A stretch of 64,000 nucleotides of DNA from Podarcis muralis (GCF_964188315.1 NC_135667.1:17112001-17176000), one strand, 5' to 3'. Counted from the first letter of the stretch, positions 1 through 18,895 are shown. Notes: generated from the letters alone by a model not told the origin. Made by a program: numbers and translations.

Positions 1-1030
1 CGTGGGTGCTTTAGTGGCAGTGGAAGAACTCTGCCAAGTGCCAAGATGATGTGGTATAAGCCTCTGCTTTTTCCAGCTCAAGCCTGTCATGCAGATTGCA
101 AGGGAATGTATTTCCCCCACCAACTCACAGACAAAAAACTTCGCTTGGTTTTGGGGCCACTGGCATCTTGGTTGTTGCAGCATGGGAGACCCAGCCTTGC
201 AAGGTTCAGTCGTGTATCAACAAGCGCGCACGTTACAGATCTCACAAGGAGGCAGCCTCTTGTGTAGGACACCAACTCCCAGTCAACCCTCAGATGGAAC
301 AGGGCCTTCTGTCATGGCACCCACACTATGGAACATCTTGCCTCAATAAATTTGGGTAGCCCATCACCTGCTTTTGGAAACCCGTTCAAAACTTCATTCA
401 GGCCATAGCTTAGTAATAGGGTAAATGCTTTGCACTCAGAGGGTCCCAGTTCAGACCCTGAAATTTCTGGGTGGGGTTGGAAAGATCCTAATCTGAAACC
501 CTATCAAATCGCTTCCTATGCTCCACGAATGCGTGTTCCATTGGCCATGATAACTGCCTGCTGTTTTTAATATTGTTACTGGGGTGACTTATTGCCTCTA
601 TGCTTTAAAATGTGCATTTTATTTGTTAGTGAAGTTGGAGTCTCCACCAAAGGACCAACAAGGCAAGCTCCCCCCCGCCCCCCCGCCCCGTAGCCCTAGC
701 CCAGAGAATAGTACTTCAACTGTGTTTGAATAGCTTATTGCAAGGGCCTTGTACACATTAATATTTTATTCCATGGAAGAGGCCATGTGCGCAGTTTAAC
801 ATTCTCTTCTTTCTCAAGTTTTTAAAATGATCCTATTTTTAAAAATACCTTAATGGAGGCTGCTACTATTCAACAAATATGAGGGACAGGAAAGAAAATT
901 TAGATTGAAAGAGCTGGCTCTCAAAAAATGTAAATTTTGGCAATATTCAATAACTTCTGAATGGGACAGGGATTGTCTCATTCCTGAACTCCCCCCTCCT
1001 GCCATAAGCCCGCTGTCTTTTACACCTCAG

Positions 1031-1713
1031 AAGACAGCAACTCTGGGGCAGACAAGCTGGTGCCACTTGCCAAATCCAACATGTGCAAACTTGATGTGCC
1101 GCCATCTCCACTTGGGACAACAGCAACCCATCACAGCGAGCAGACAAGGAAAAGCACCAGCTCCAGCTGCCTCCGTCCTACTTCCCCCTTGTGGCTTGGA
1201 ACGATGCTAACTACCCGTTATCCCATGACAAAAACCATCGAGTGAGTTGCAATCTAAGTCAGGTAAGGAGGATACCTCATGCCAGCATAGAATCATAGCA
1301 CTGTAGACTTAGAAGGTACACCAAGGGCCGTCCTGCAATGCAGGCTGCAAGGCAGCGACTTCCAGGGCAGCACTTGGAATGGGAGGCTGTAAGCAGCTTC
1401 TTTTAGCTTTGAATTCTGACTATCAAATAATGGAATTGCTTTCCAGTGTGTTTTTGTAATCCTGGAAATACCTAGAGGTTTTTTTATGGGCACGTTTACG
1501 ATGCTCCTTGGTCACCGTTATAAAACACAAGAAACACAGAGATCTGTTTACGGCCTGCAAGATCCAAGACTGGAAGCAGCGAAGGCAAAGGTGAGGATTT
1601 TGCCGTCGTGCAGCCGTCCCCGCTGTCAGCATATCCTGTCCTAACACTCCTTTTGCACCCTCTCACCACAGGCCACTTCCTTCCTGTTACAGTCATGTCT
1701 ATTAAGATACTGA
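1031..1713 (+). CDS. Last three coding exons of an unidentified gene (5' part outside the window or not resolved)
   Basis: Exons 1031-1241, 1476-1590 and 1672-1713 have AG/GT ends and mutually compatible phases (2 then 0). They give ...WLGTMLTTRYPMTKTIEGFFMGTFTMLLGHRYKTQETQRSVYGLQDPRLEAAKAKATSFLLQSCLLRY*. Donors are GTGAGT and GTGAGG. The 81-nt last intron has a CCTAAC branch point and a pyrimidine tract. AATAAA at 2014-2019. Protein not recognised. Confidence 0.55.
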
Positions 1714-2009
1714 ACTCAAGGCAGCGCTGCTACCCCTTGTACAATGGAGAGGCAAGTGTTCCTGTTGAATCTTCATTGTGCTTTTGTGTGGACTAAACTT
1801 TTAAGTGAAAAACTAGTCCTGCAGCCAAGTCTTCCTTCTGGGCCAGTCTTCATTCTTGATGTTTAGCAGGGGCAGATGTCTGCCCGAAGCTTCTCTTTTT
1901 TTCTCGACAACCCAAACCCTCCTGGGGGGAAAACAACTTAAGTTCTCAGACAGTTAAAAACACATGCACCTATGTTTTCCCCTCCAAAATAAGACAAAAT
2001 GAGGCATTG

Positions 2010-3771
2010 AAGGAATAAAGGAATGATTTATTTCAGGGTCTTTTTATACAATTCAAAGCAGGAGGGGATGGGGAGGCATTATTTCCCTTCAATCCAAGTT
2101 CCCTCATAGTATTACACGCCCCAGGAGGAAGCCCATTTAGCATGCCGTCGTGGATGGACAAACAGGCAACACTGTCCGAACAGAGACTTCCTCCTCACTC
2201 AGCTAGATAAGCTAAGGAAACAAACAAACAGACAAAATCCACATTCCCGTTTTTCTGCTTGCAAAATTTCTGTCTTTGGGAACCCAAAGGTTCTGGCAGT
2301 TCTTGCTCATCCAAACTGGTACCCCCCTCCCCAAAATGGCACACACAGAGATGGGAGGGCTTAAAATCCAGAAGTTAGTCCATCTAAAAAGTAGTGCTCC
2401 CTCCCCAAAGCTTTGCCTTCAACCAAGGTTGCTTCATTCCCAATACTTTCAGCAGACAACAGTCTAGCCGCTTGTTCCTGGTTTAGTGCTCGCATATCCA
2501 AAATACCTCCTCCCCTCAAGAGTTTGGTTGTTACGGGGCAACTGGGTTGTCCCCTCAGGACACACAAGATGTGATCGTCCGTCATCTTCCCAGCCTTTCC
2601 CCTCCCTTGTAAAATTCATGTTTGCTGATAGCTGCGGGCCCCTGATCATTTTTGGACTTCGATCTGACCAAGGCAAATGGGGGGAGGGGGAGGGTAAAAT
2701 TCTGCACACATTGTTTAAGAACATCATTGATGAAAGTGGAGGGAGGGGGGAATTAAGAGGGCAGCCATGTTAGTTTGTAGCAGCAAGAAGACAAAAGTGC
2801 AGTGCTGTTGCAGAGGCCAATTGGTTTCTTGAGGGACGTCAAAGGGTTCACGTACCCCGACTGCCCAATTAATCAAGATGCGAAATGGAAAGGGGGAGGA
2901 AGGAGGGAGGGAGAGGCAGACAACCACAAACCTTGCCTTGAAAGAGGAAGCAAATGAAGTTGAAAGCCTTCCTTTTCATCTGCACAGCCACAGAAGGGGG
3001 AGACATTGCCCCCCTCTTCCGAACAGGCACACCTTTCAAGCTTTGTAAAGATCTTCATCTTGCGCTGCACAACAGCTGCTGCCCACAGTGACGTGTTAAG
3101 GTTAGAGATGTGCATGAAAGGTGTTTGAAAAATGGCACTAACCAGCAGACAAAAAACCAGCACATACATGCCCTCCATTTGCGCAGGGAGGAACCAGGAC
3201 TCCTGTGAGTTCTCAAGGAGTGTAGTGGGGGCGGGGGGGGGGCAGGGGAGAGAGTCAGAACCCTTGGGCTCTGTTCCCAGTTGTGGAACAGTCATGTGGT
3301 TCTGTGGATTACAAGAGCGAGAGTCCAGGAGCCAGGGTTTAGGTTCAACTCCCTTTTTGTTAATAATGCCCAAGGGATCAGAAAATGGCCCTGCTAAAAA
3401 ATCAGCATTAGTTTATTAACTCGTTAACAAAGACAATAAAATGCCAAAAAAAGGAGATGACACTCCGCTCCCTTCAATTTCTTTGAGGGAGGGGTTAAAG
3501 GACAGGGGAAACCGATTTCCTTTCCCTCCTGTAGGGGAGGGTACTCCCCTCCCCTCCCCCAACCTGGGCACCAGGGTCTCACCCTGACACATCACATTAA
3601 GGGGGTCCAGAGATGGGTTACCAGGGTTCACAGCCACGTAGCAAAGCGCAGTTGTACAGCAAGTCGACAGGGGCACCCCCAAATTGGTACCCCCTGAATC
3701 CTGTGCTCCCCTCTAAAATCCAGTAGGGGAGCTGGGTACAGTCCCAAATCATCTCCTGGTGAAGCAGAGAC
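2010..3771 (-). other. MAPK3: MAPK3 non-coding last exon (3'UTR)
   Basis: Donor GTAAGT at 4386, 19 nt after the stop codon. Acceptor tttctttttgttccag ends at 3772. Minus-strand AATAAA at 3412-3417 and 2027-2032. Confidence 0.7.
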
Positions 3772-4405
3772 CTGGAACAAAAAGAAATCCTATGAGAATT
3801 ACAGACGCAAATACTCAGGAGTCCTGTCTACAAATCACACACGATGCAGCAACATTTAAATGGCTTAGCTGCAGCGGGGAAACCAAAAAACCCCAAAATC
3901 ATCCACATAGCAAACACACACATTTCTGAAATTTGTAATAGCAAAAATGTCTACCTAACAAGTCTTGATAGTGCCTCACAACTGGATGCTGTATATGTGT
4001 GTATATGTGTAAGTATTTGCAGGCAATGATCAGGCAACATAAAACTTCTCTGGCTACATACACATGCAAAGTTCAGATAAAACTCTCTCTCCAGGTTCCT
4101 TCACATGTGCGTTTCATAACTTAAGCAGCTTGCAGCAAGGATCTGCTCCACCCCGTTGGACATCCCCAGTCCATTCACGGAACTGTAGGTACCTGGAAGT
4201 GGAATCTCCACCAAGGGGATGTCACAAGGTAACTGGTAGTGGGAACAAGCCACTACAGAATCAGTGCGTTCAACACCAATCATGTGAGTAACTTGGGCCA
4301 ACGTATTTCTGCCCCACAGATGGCCTTCCCAAGGTCAGGCAGCTTTACTAAAACCACCTTTTGACCCGCAGTGCTGTTTGACTTACCAGTGGTCCGAACA
4401 GCCCC

Positions 4406-11064
<6,659 letters not shown>

Positions 11065-11560
11065 GGCCGACCTGATCGAGAATCTCCTGCAGCCGCTCCT
11101 ATCGCTGCTTTACCCGGAACCGACACCGCCCGACAGCACCGCGCATGCGCTCGCCGAGGAAACGGAGAGACCGCGACTGCCCATGCGCTCGGCAGAAGCT
11201 GCGGCTTGGGGTTCCTCTCAGGGCGCATGCGCCCAGCCTGCCTCATAGCGTTTTGCGGGCCACAACGCGCCTGGCTCGGATTGGGACGTCAAGAACTCGA
11301 CCCGGAAGCGCCGCACCCATAACATTCCACTCAAAGCGATGCTCCACCCTCTCGCGCGCGCAAGCTTCAGTCCCGTTGGGCCACGCCCTTTGGCTCTGAT
11401 TGGGCCACGCCTCTTGGCTCAGCTCGCCTCCAATCCAGTGCCCGACGCCACGCGCTTGCTCTTGTTTCAAGGCCCGCCCTTTTCCCTGTAGTCGCGTGTT
11501 CGAATCCCCAGTGAGGCTATATCTGCATACACTTGCGGGCTTCTTTGTATTCATTTGGAT
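11065..11560 (-). promoter_or_regulatory. MAPK3 CpG-island promoter
   Basis: CpG-rich from about 10650 to 11500. NRF1-type GCGCATGCGC palindromes at about 11141 and 11223, CCGGAAG at about 11302, and repeated CCAAT plus GGGCGTGG units at 11376-11420. Confidence 0.75.
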
Positions 11561-11794
11561 TTAGATTTATAGTCTGAATGGAGAGATGCGAGGCTACACC
11601 GGTTGGATTTATGCAGCTGTGCAGTGGCAGGAGCTCTGCCTTCCTTTATTTAGTACCTATGGCGTAAGAGCTTCAAAGAAACTTTACAATAAAAACAAAG
11701 CAACTTGGGTTTAAGAATGACTCTAGATACCTATGGGCAAAAAGGGGTTCCCAAGCTACAGTCAGAGCAGGACTTCGTTAGACTTCGTTATTGG

Positions 11795-11935
11795 GGGTTA
11801 TAGAATACGAGAATTATGGTTGGAAGGGACCGTGAGGGTCATCTAGTCCAACCCCTTGCAGTGCAGGAATCTTATGCCCAACGTGGAGCTCAAATCAATG
11901 ACCCTGAGATTCAGAGTCTCATGCTCTACCGACGG
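11795..11935 (-). mobile_element. tRNA-Lys-derived SINE with CR1-like 3' tail
   Basis: The reverse complement reads gtcggtagagcatgagactctgaatctcagggtc...cacgttgggca followed by attcctgcactgcaaggggttggactagatgaccctc, a CR1-type tail. Confidence 0.7.
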
Positions 11936-12164
11936 ACCACTTGACCTCGCACAGGGCACCATATTAACAAAAGATTATCAAAGGCTGCCCCTGATTTGTT
12001 TGTTTGTTTTTAAAAAACAAACCTGCTTTTCAGCCAAAAGAGCAATCCCCAGTCTTGAGTCAAAGCAAGCAGTAATAAATGCATTCAGGCATGTAAACCT
12101 GAAAGACATGGTATAAATGGCAAAATATTTGGAAGGAAAAGGTAAAAAAGCAAACTTATGGAGA

Positions 12165-12675
12165 ATGCCTGGATAAGTCAGTTGGTTAAATGGTGGTGGC
12201 ACTGATAACGCCGATGTTGCAGGTTTGATCCCCTGATGGGACAGCTGCATATTCCTGCATTGCAGGGGGTTGGTCTAGACCAGGGGTCTGCAACCTTTAA
12301 GACAAAAAGAGCCACTTGGACCCGTTTCCGAAGGGGGGAAAAACTGGGAGCCGCAAAACCATTGCGACATTTAAAACAAATATAACATTGCATATATTGT
12401 TTCTTACCTTAATGTCCGATCTGACAGCGGGCAGGAAGGTGACGTCGGGACGGTGCGTGACTAACACACACACTGCCCCCATGCGACGTCACAGCCAGTA
12501 CAGCGCCTGCCACAGTGGGGAGTGTCAGGGTGCACAATGCACCTCCTCCCCTCGCTAGTATCCGCCCCGGAGCCGCGGCAAAGGTGTAAAAGAGCCACAT
12601 GCGGCTCCGGAGCCGCGGGTTGCAGACCCCTGGTCTAGATGATACTCAGGATCCCTTCCAATTCTATGATTCTAT
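12165..12675 (+). mobile_element. tRNA-derived SINE with CR1-like tail, interrupted by a hAT MITE
   Basis: A/B-box-like head at about 12170-12235. The tail attcctgcattgcagggggttggtctaga...cccttccaattctatgattctatg is split by the insertion at 12281-12632. Confidence 0.65.
12281..12632. mobile_element. Non-autonomous hAT (Charlie-like) DNA transposon
   Basis: Perfect 15-bp TIRs CAGGGGTCTGCAACC / GGTTGCAGACCCCTG. 8-bp TSD gtctagac / gtctagat. CpG-rich interior. Confidence 0.85.
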
Positions 12676-12945
12676 GGTGATCCAGATCTTTGGGGGAGCT
12701 TTGGTCTCTTGTAAGAAAGGAACACAAATGTGACATTTTGAAGTTCCTGGGAAATTCTGGCCATCACAAAGCACAGAGATGGATAAAATGGCCACTTAAT
12801 TGTCTTGCTTTATTTCTCTTATGAAATTCTAAAGCTCTCCGTTGTGAACATGGCAAGGTTTTTTTATTGCTCCTAATTATTGCCTCCTGTGTTTTAGATC
12901 AGGAGATACTATGATGCTGGAAAATTTAGCTATCCTTTTCTTAAT

Positions 12946-13298
12946 GGTAAAGGTAAAGGGACCCCCAACCATTAGGTCCAGGCATGGCCGACTCTGGGGT
13001 TGCGACGCTCATCTCGCTTTATTGGCCGAGGGAGCCGGCGTACAGCTTCTGGGTCATGTGGCCAGCATGACTAAGTTGCTTCTGGCGAACCAGAGCAGCA
13101 CATGGAAACAACATTTACCTTCCCGCCAGAGCAGTACCTATTTATCTACTTGCACTTTGATGTGCTTTCGAACTGCTAGGTTGGCAGGAGCTGGGACACA
13201 GCAAAGGGGGCTCACCCTGTTGCAGGGATTCGAACCACTGACCTTCTGATCAGCAAGTCCTAGGCTCTGTGGTTTAACCCACAGCACCACCCGCTTTC
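12946..13298 (-). mobile_element. Sauria-type SINE
   Basis: aaggtaaagggaccccc...ggattcgaaccactgacc...ccacagcaccacccgc. Same sequence family as the copies at 24056, 24609, 44976 and 55433. Confidence 0.8.
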
Positions 13299-13420
13299 CT
13301 TACAAAGCACAAATTCACCTGTTTAAGGACATGTTTGTTAAGAGAAAAAAGTTGACACAAAAAGTATTCTGTCAGTCTAAAGTGGAGGCCTCTCAATCTG
13401 GCCCTTGGGATTCTCTCAGA

Positions 13421-13610
13421 CATAGGAGCCAAGTCCTAGGGGCGATGGGGGCTTCAGCCCCCACAATGAAATATTTGAGGGGGGTGGGCCCCCACAAAGT
13501 TGATGAGCATTCCCATTCAGATGGTGTGTGTGCACTGCATCATGTGATCAATTATGTGGGGCGGGGCTTTCCTGGGCCCCTGCAATATTTTATTCAAGTT
13601 GGCACCCCTG
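13421..13610. mobile_element. Degenerate hAT-like MITE
   Basis: Starts with cataggagcc and ends with ggcacccctg. Flanked by near-identical 8-mers ctctcaga / ccctcaga. Confidence 0.5.
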
Positions 13611-15586
13611 CCCTCAGATGCCAGATCCCCTCCTCAGCCACACCCCTCACCAGCCCAACTACACTACTCAGGCATATTTATCTGGCTGCAATGCATCTTT
13701 GCACTTTGATCCTGCCGCTTGGTTTCCTGGGTGGAGAAAGGGGTGTGTAGAAACAAACCTGCCACACAGAAGTCCATTTTGCATTCACTGCTGTGACCAC
13801 TTTTGCCTTCTCACCACTGCCATGTGACCCTCAGTCTGGGAAAGATTCTCCATACCTGCTTGAAAGGCTAAGAGTTGCGTCCAGTGGTAGTCCTACTCAG
13901 AGCTGACCCATTGAAATGGTTCATTAATTTCAGTAAGTCCGCTCCAGGTAAAATGTATGCAATCCTATATGTGTCTACTCAGAAGTCAGTCCCGTTGAGT
14001 TCAATGGCATTTACTAAGATTTCAGCTTTAATGTAGTAGTATACACTTTCCTAGACTAGGCGGGGTAGTGTTGAGAATGCTAGGCAGGGCGGGTTAAAGA
14101 CCCTGCTAACCACAAAGTGTATTGGGTGAATTTTTAAAAAGCACTGTAGGATCAAGTCAATGGCTCATCTAATCCAGCTTCTGGTTCTCACAGTGGTCCA
14201 CTAAGATGCCTGTGGGAGAATTTCAAACTCAATGTGAAACAAGGGCCTCCCTTCCTGTGATTTGCAGCAACTGGTACTCATAAACTTTAAGGCAGTCTCG
14301 CTCACACACCTGCTTGTTGCAGAAATCAGAGGGAAAGCCATCCATTCTTCCCTGAGCTTCTTGAAGGAACGGAATAAAAATACATATAATAAAGATGTGG
14401 TGTTATCCTGGCAGATTATTTACATATGAGAAATGATAGAAGGTTGGGTGAAAAGGCCATGCGATGTGCAGAGCTACACGTGTCTACTCAGAAATAAGCC
14501 CTGTTGAGTTCAGTGGGGCTTACTCCCATGTAAAGTGCATGTAGGACTGCAGCCTAAGCGCCAGTTGTCGTCAGTGACATTTCTACATAAAATTCAAATG
14601 TATGAAAAAGAATTAGCACACCATCTACCCACAACAGCATCTGTAGGGAACAACACTACTTTCCTGTGCTTTGATTTGCTAACTTAAAACCTACAGCAGT
14701 AGAGAAATCTGTGCTCTCAGTTGATCACAAACAGAAATGCTTCTCCTTCTTAATTTATATAGTTTAATGACAAAACAGACATCTCTGGATTTGTCTGAAA
14801 CAAGCAGCTGGAATGGATGAGTAGAGAGCTTCACTAGATTTAAAAGGGCTGCTTAGTTTCTTTCTCTACACTGTCGTCTTCTGTTCCCTGATCCACCATC
14901 ACCCACACAATCCTCTAGCCGTCCCCTCCCCGCAAAACAAAACCCCAAACAAAAAGAGGCCTTGGCATCTTCAACAAATGTATCCTAGCATCAGATGTCC
15001 AGTAGGCAAGAGCCCTCTTTTGTCTGATGCCATCTGCTGAAGAGGACTCGACTCTTAGCTAGGATGCAAGATCACGTCACAATAAATGCATTAGTCTCTG
15101 AGGTGCCACAGAACTCCTGGGTTTCTTGCAGCAACAGACTTGACCTGGTGACTCATCGGGAATGAACGCCTAAAAAACATTTCTCTGCCTATCAGTGAGG
15201 CCGTGCTTGAATAAATAAAAGCCTGGCCTCCAGGCAATTACAGTTCTGTGCCAAAAAGAAAGGGAAAAAAGTGAAATGGGTTGGATTTGCATGAGTTTAG
15301 TTTTATAATTGTCAACATTTTGCATGCTTTATCCAATGTCTTGTAGTTAGAGTGGGCATGGAGCTATGTTGAGGATTGGAATACCTCTAACCATTGGGAA
15401 TATTGTCCAGGAATTCCTCTGGCTTCCAAATTCTCAAGCTGCCCCCAGAGGTTGCCCACCCAAAATTAATGCTGTTGTTAGACGGCACCCTCTTCCTCCA
15501 GCAGTGTTACCAAGCGGAGTTGCCTTTGAAGGAAAGAGCCCTGAAGAGTGAAGACTTGCAGTGTCTATGATAACTTGGTTCATATA

Positions 15587-16170
15587 CAGTGGTACCTCAG
15601 GTTAAGAACTTAATTCGTTCTGGAGGTCCGTTCTTAACCTGAAACTGTTCTTAACCTGAAGCACCACTTTAGCTAAAGGGGCCTGCTGCTGCTGCTGCCG
15701 GAGCACGATTTCTGTTCTCATCCTCGGTCCTGTATACCTGAAGGAGCGTCTCCACCCCCATTGTTCATACCAGACACTGAGATCCAGCGCCGAGGGCCTT
15801 CTGGTGGTTCCCTCACTGCCAGGGAACCAGGCAGAGGGCCTTCTCGGTAGTGGCGCCCGCCCTGTGGAACCCTCTTCAGATGTGAAGGAAATAAGCAGAT
15901 ATCTTCTCTTTAAAAGACATCTGAAGGCAGCCCTGTTTAGGGAAGTTTTTAATATTTAATGCTGTATTATTGTAAACACTTGATTGGAAGCCGCCCAGAG
16001 TGGCTGGGGAAACTCAGCCAGATGGGTGGGGTATAAATAATAAATTATTATGATGATGATGATATTATCCTGAAGCAAAGTTCTTAACCCAAGGTACTAT
16101 TTCTGGGTTAGCAGAGTCTGTAACCTTAAGCATCTGCAACCTGAAGCGTCTGTAACCCAAAGTACCACTG
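15587..16170. mobile_element. Tc1/mariner (Tigger-like) MITE interrupted by an L2 fragment
   Basis: TA-flanked TIRs CAGTGGTACCTC / GTACCACTG. Uninterrupted copies lie at 45533-45758 and 59571-59788. Confidence 0.8.
15725..16066 (+). mobile_element. 5'-truncated L2-clade LINE 3' end
   Basis: agggccttctcggtagtggcgcccgccctgtggaac (RAFSVVAPALW motif) with a (TAT/GAT)n tail. Flanking ATCCT repeats at 15720-15724 and 16067-16071. Confidence 0.75.
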
Positions 16171-17639
16171 TATATGTGGCTGATGGGTGCCATACTACAA
16201 CTCCCATCAGCCCCAGCCAGCAAAACATTTTGGGAAAGTAGCTTTAGTAAAGCATTTGTGGAAGCAAACATCAGGCCGTCCTACAAGGGAGCAGATTCCT
16301 CCAGGAAGCAACTTGGGTAACCACCGCCCTGTGAGAAAACCATGCACCCCTACTTTTCCCTCTGTCTGCTCATTCCAGCTGCAAAAATGGATGTTTCTCT
16401 CTCAGGCTGTGTACACACTGCTGTTTACTCCGTCTCCAGTGTGCTCCCGCCACGAGTGTTTGAAGCTGAGTACATGTGACGTTAGCTAGAACTCATGTGC
16501 ATCCTGTAGTTTATTGAGAAAAACTCTGGTTTGGTGCGTTTTCTCTCAAACCAGCTGCCATCTGATTTGAAAACATAAGCCACATTCACTTCGCAGTTAA
16601 GCTGAGGTGTGTACATCTGAGGGAACTGTTGCACATGCACACAAGCTGACAGCCTTGTGAGGAGGATATGGGGTTGCACGCACAGGGGAAACCAAAGAGG
16701 TCATGTCTGTTGGGTTAAGATGCCCCCCTTCTCCTTTCTTGGAAGTGTGTAAGTGTGCGTGTGTGGTTTCGCTGCATTTTAAGCCCCTGATGTGTACATA
16801 GCCTCACACACATAACAGTTTTAGGCACAATTACTCAGAAATAAGCCCCACTGTGTAATATAGTGCTTACCGCAAGTTAAGTGTGCGTAGGATTTGCAGC
16901 TACAGTCTTCCAAGAATTTAGGTGAATTGCCCATTCAGGGGACCACCCCCAGCCATAAAAGAACATTAGTATTTTATTTTATTTTAATTTTTATTTTTTT
17001 GCAAAACCTTGGGCTCTCAGCAGGTGACACTTGGGGACAATGTTGTAGTGATATAGATCTGTTTGCTGGAATTGGCCAACAAACTCACAGTACATACCTT
17101 CAGAGCCACAAGGCTTAGAAATTTGGGGATTTATTTCAAAATGAAAGCATTGCTTTTTAAGGAGCTGAATTCTGCTCCTGTACCACCTTCTACATTTTGG
17201 GCTCTTGTGGAATCTAAGGCTAGGATGCAGCCTTGCTTATTACTAAAGGATGGGTGTGAGCAAGGAAGCAAAGAATACAAAGGCACGTGCATAATTTTTT
17301 AGAAAGATAAAGCAGGTAACAGCTAACATGCTATCCGATTATAATTTTACCAAAAAGCCGCCGGGCTGTGGCGAACTGTTCCTTCAGGCAGGAGCGAAGA
17401 GACCTGTGCAGCCTGCAACCTTTCCAAATAGTTGGTTTAACGAGGCATCCCTTCCAAACCGTTTGCGTGTCTCTGTTTAGCACAAACGTATCAGCAATTC
17501 TCTGTAACGTTAAGGATGAAGAATATGTACGGAGAGGAAATGAGATGGGGGAGAGAGAGAGACCTGAAGATGGATGCTCTGTGTCTGTGTGTCTGTTTGT
17601 GTGTAGGGCGAGATATGACAAGCCGAGCCTGTGAGCTCC

Positions 17640-17782
17640 CTGCTTGACGCACGCTGAGCGCTGGCCCTTTAAGAGACCAGCCCTCCTCGCTCTGACAGTT
17701 CCAGGGCGATGGCTCTGTTAAAAAGCTCAGAGCAGCTTCATCTCCAATTCATTGTGTGGTGCATCTGCAAAAGAGGCTGCAG
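17640..17782 (+). promoter_or_regulatory. CORO1A: Candidate CORO1A core promoter and non-coding exon 1
   Basis: TATA-like TTTAAG at about 17668 and a strong donor CAG|GTGAGA at 17782/17783. The first coding exon begins at an acceptor 5 nt before the ATG (18966), so an upstream exon is required. Confidence 0.55.
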
Positions 17783-18895
17783 GTGAGAGTTTGGGGCTGA
17801 GGGGCGAAAGGACCTTCCGGTTGGGAGGGGGAGATGGCAGTGAATTGGGGAGGGGACGTTTGCTCGCAGAGCACTGGGGGGGCTCTTGTATTGATTATTT
17901 TATGCCTGAAGCACTTTCCAACGTGCAAAACGCTGCATGTTGCATGTTCCTCCTTTAATACCGAATTCACAGGACCCTGTGAGGCAGGTCACAAAATTTA
18001 CTATTCACATTTTAAAGCATGCAAAACCAATCATTTTTTAAAAAAAAAAATCTCTTGTGGCTTAATCTGTGCTCAGGATTTTGCTGTATTTAGAATTTTC
18101 TTTCCAGGTCACATTGGCTAGCAACCCTTGGCGTGTGATGTGTCTGTTGTCCCCTGCGCCCAGGCATGGTGTCATAGATGGAGTGTTTGGTTTTAGGTCA
18201 GATAGTCCTGGTTTCAAATGCTCCCACCCCCGGTGAAGTGAACTCGGTGACTGTGGGCACATTTTTATCCTCAGCCAAGCCCACCTCACAGGATTGTTGT
18301 GAGGATAAAATGTAAGCCCATATATATCATGCTTAGAAGAAGAATGGCATGCAGATCTGACAAATGCGTAAATGCGCCGGGTACAAAAAAATTTCCTTCC
18401 CTTTCCCACATGCGACTTGGCTTTGTTGCTTGGGTAATCTAAAGAGTTTGGCGCCTTTCAAAGCAAATCGTGCTCATTGTGGGAGCAAATATGGACTTAT
18501 CAGGAGCTTATTTCTTACAGGCATGGGATCAGGCTGCATATACTTCTCATGTGAAACGTGCAGGCATCTCTAGAAAGGGCTGCCTGCACAGTGCTTGTGG
18601 AACTGCCTGCCACTCCTGATCTTTCCCAGAATCTGAATGCTGTTTTGGTTGGGGTGTTTGTGGGGCTTCAGGTGTGGTTTTGCTGGTTGGGGGAGCTTGC
18701 CAGGGCAAGGAGCTAGGATGCACAACCCTCAATTATCTTGCAGACTGTGTGACTTTGAAATGGTGGCATGATTGAGACCATTGGGGCCACAGCTAAGATC
18801 AGACTTCCTAGCTGCCAGGCTGCTATATGGTCTGAGATATAAATACTGGGTTGAGGGGTCTGGCGACACCAGTGCTTATGGGACTAGGAATTTGA

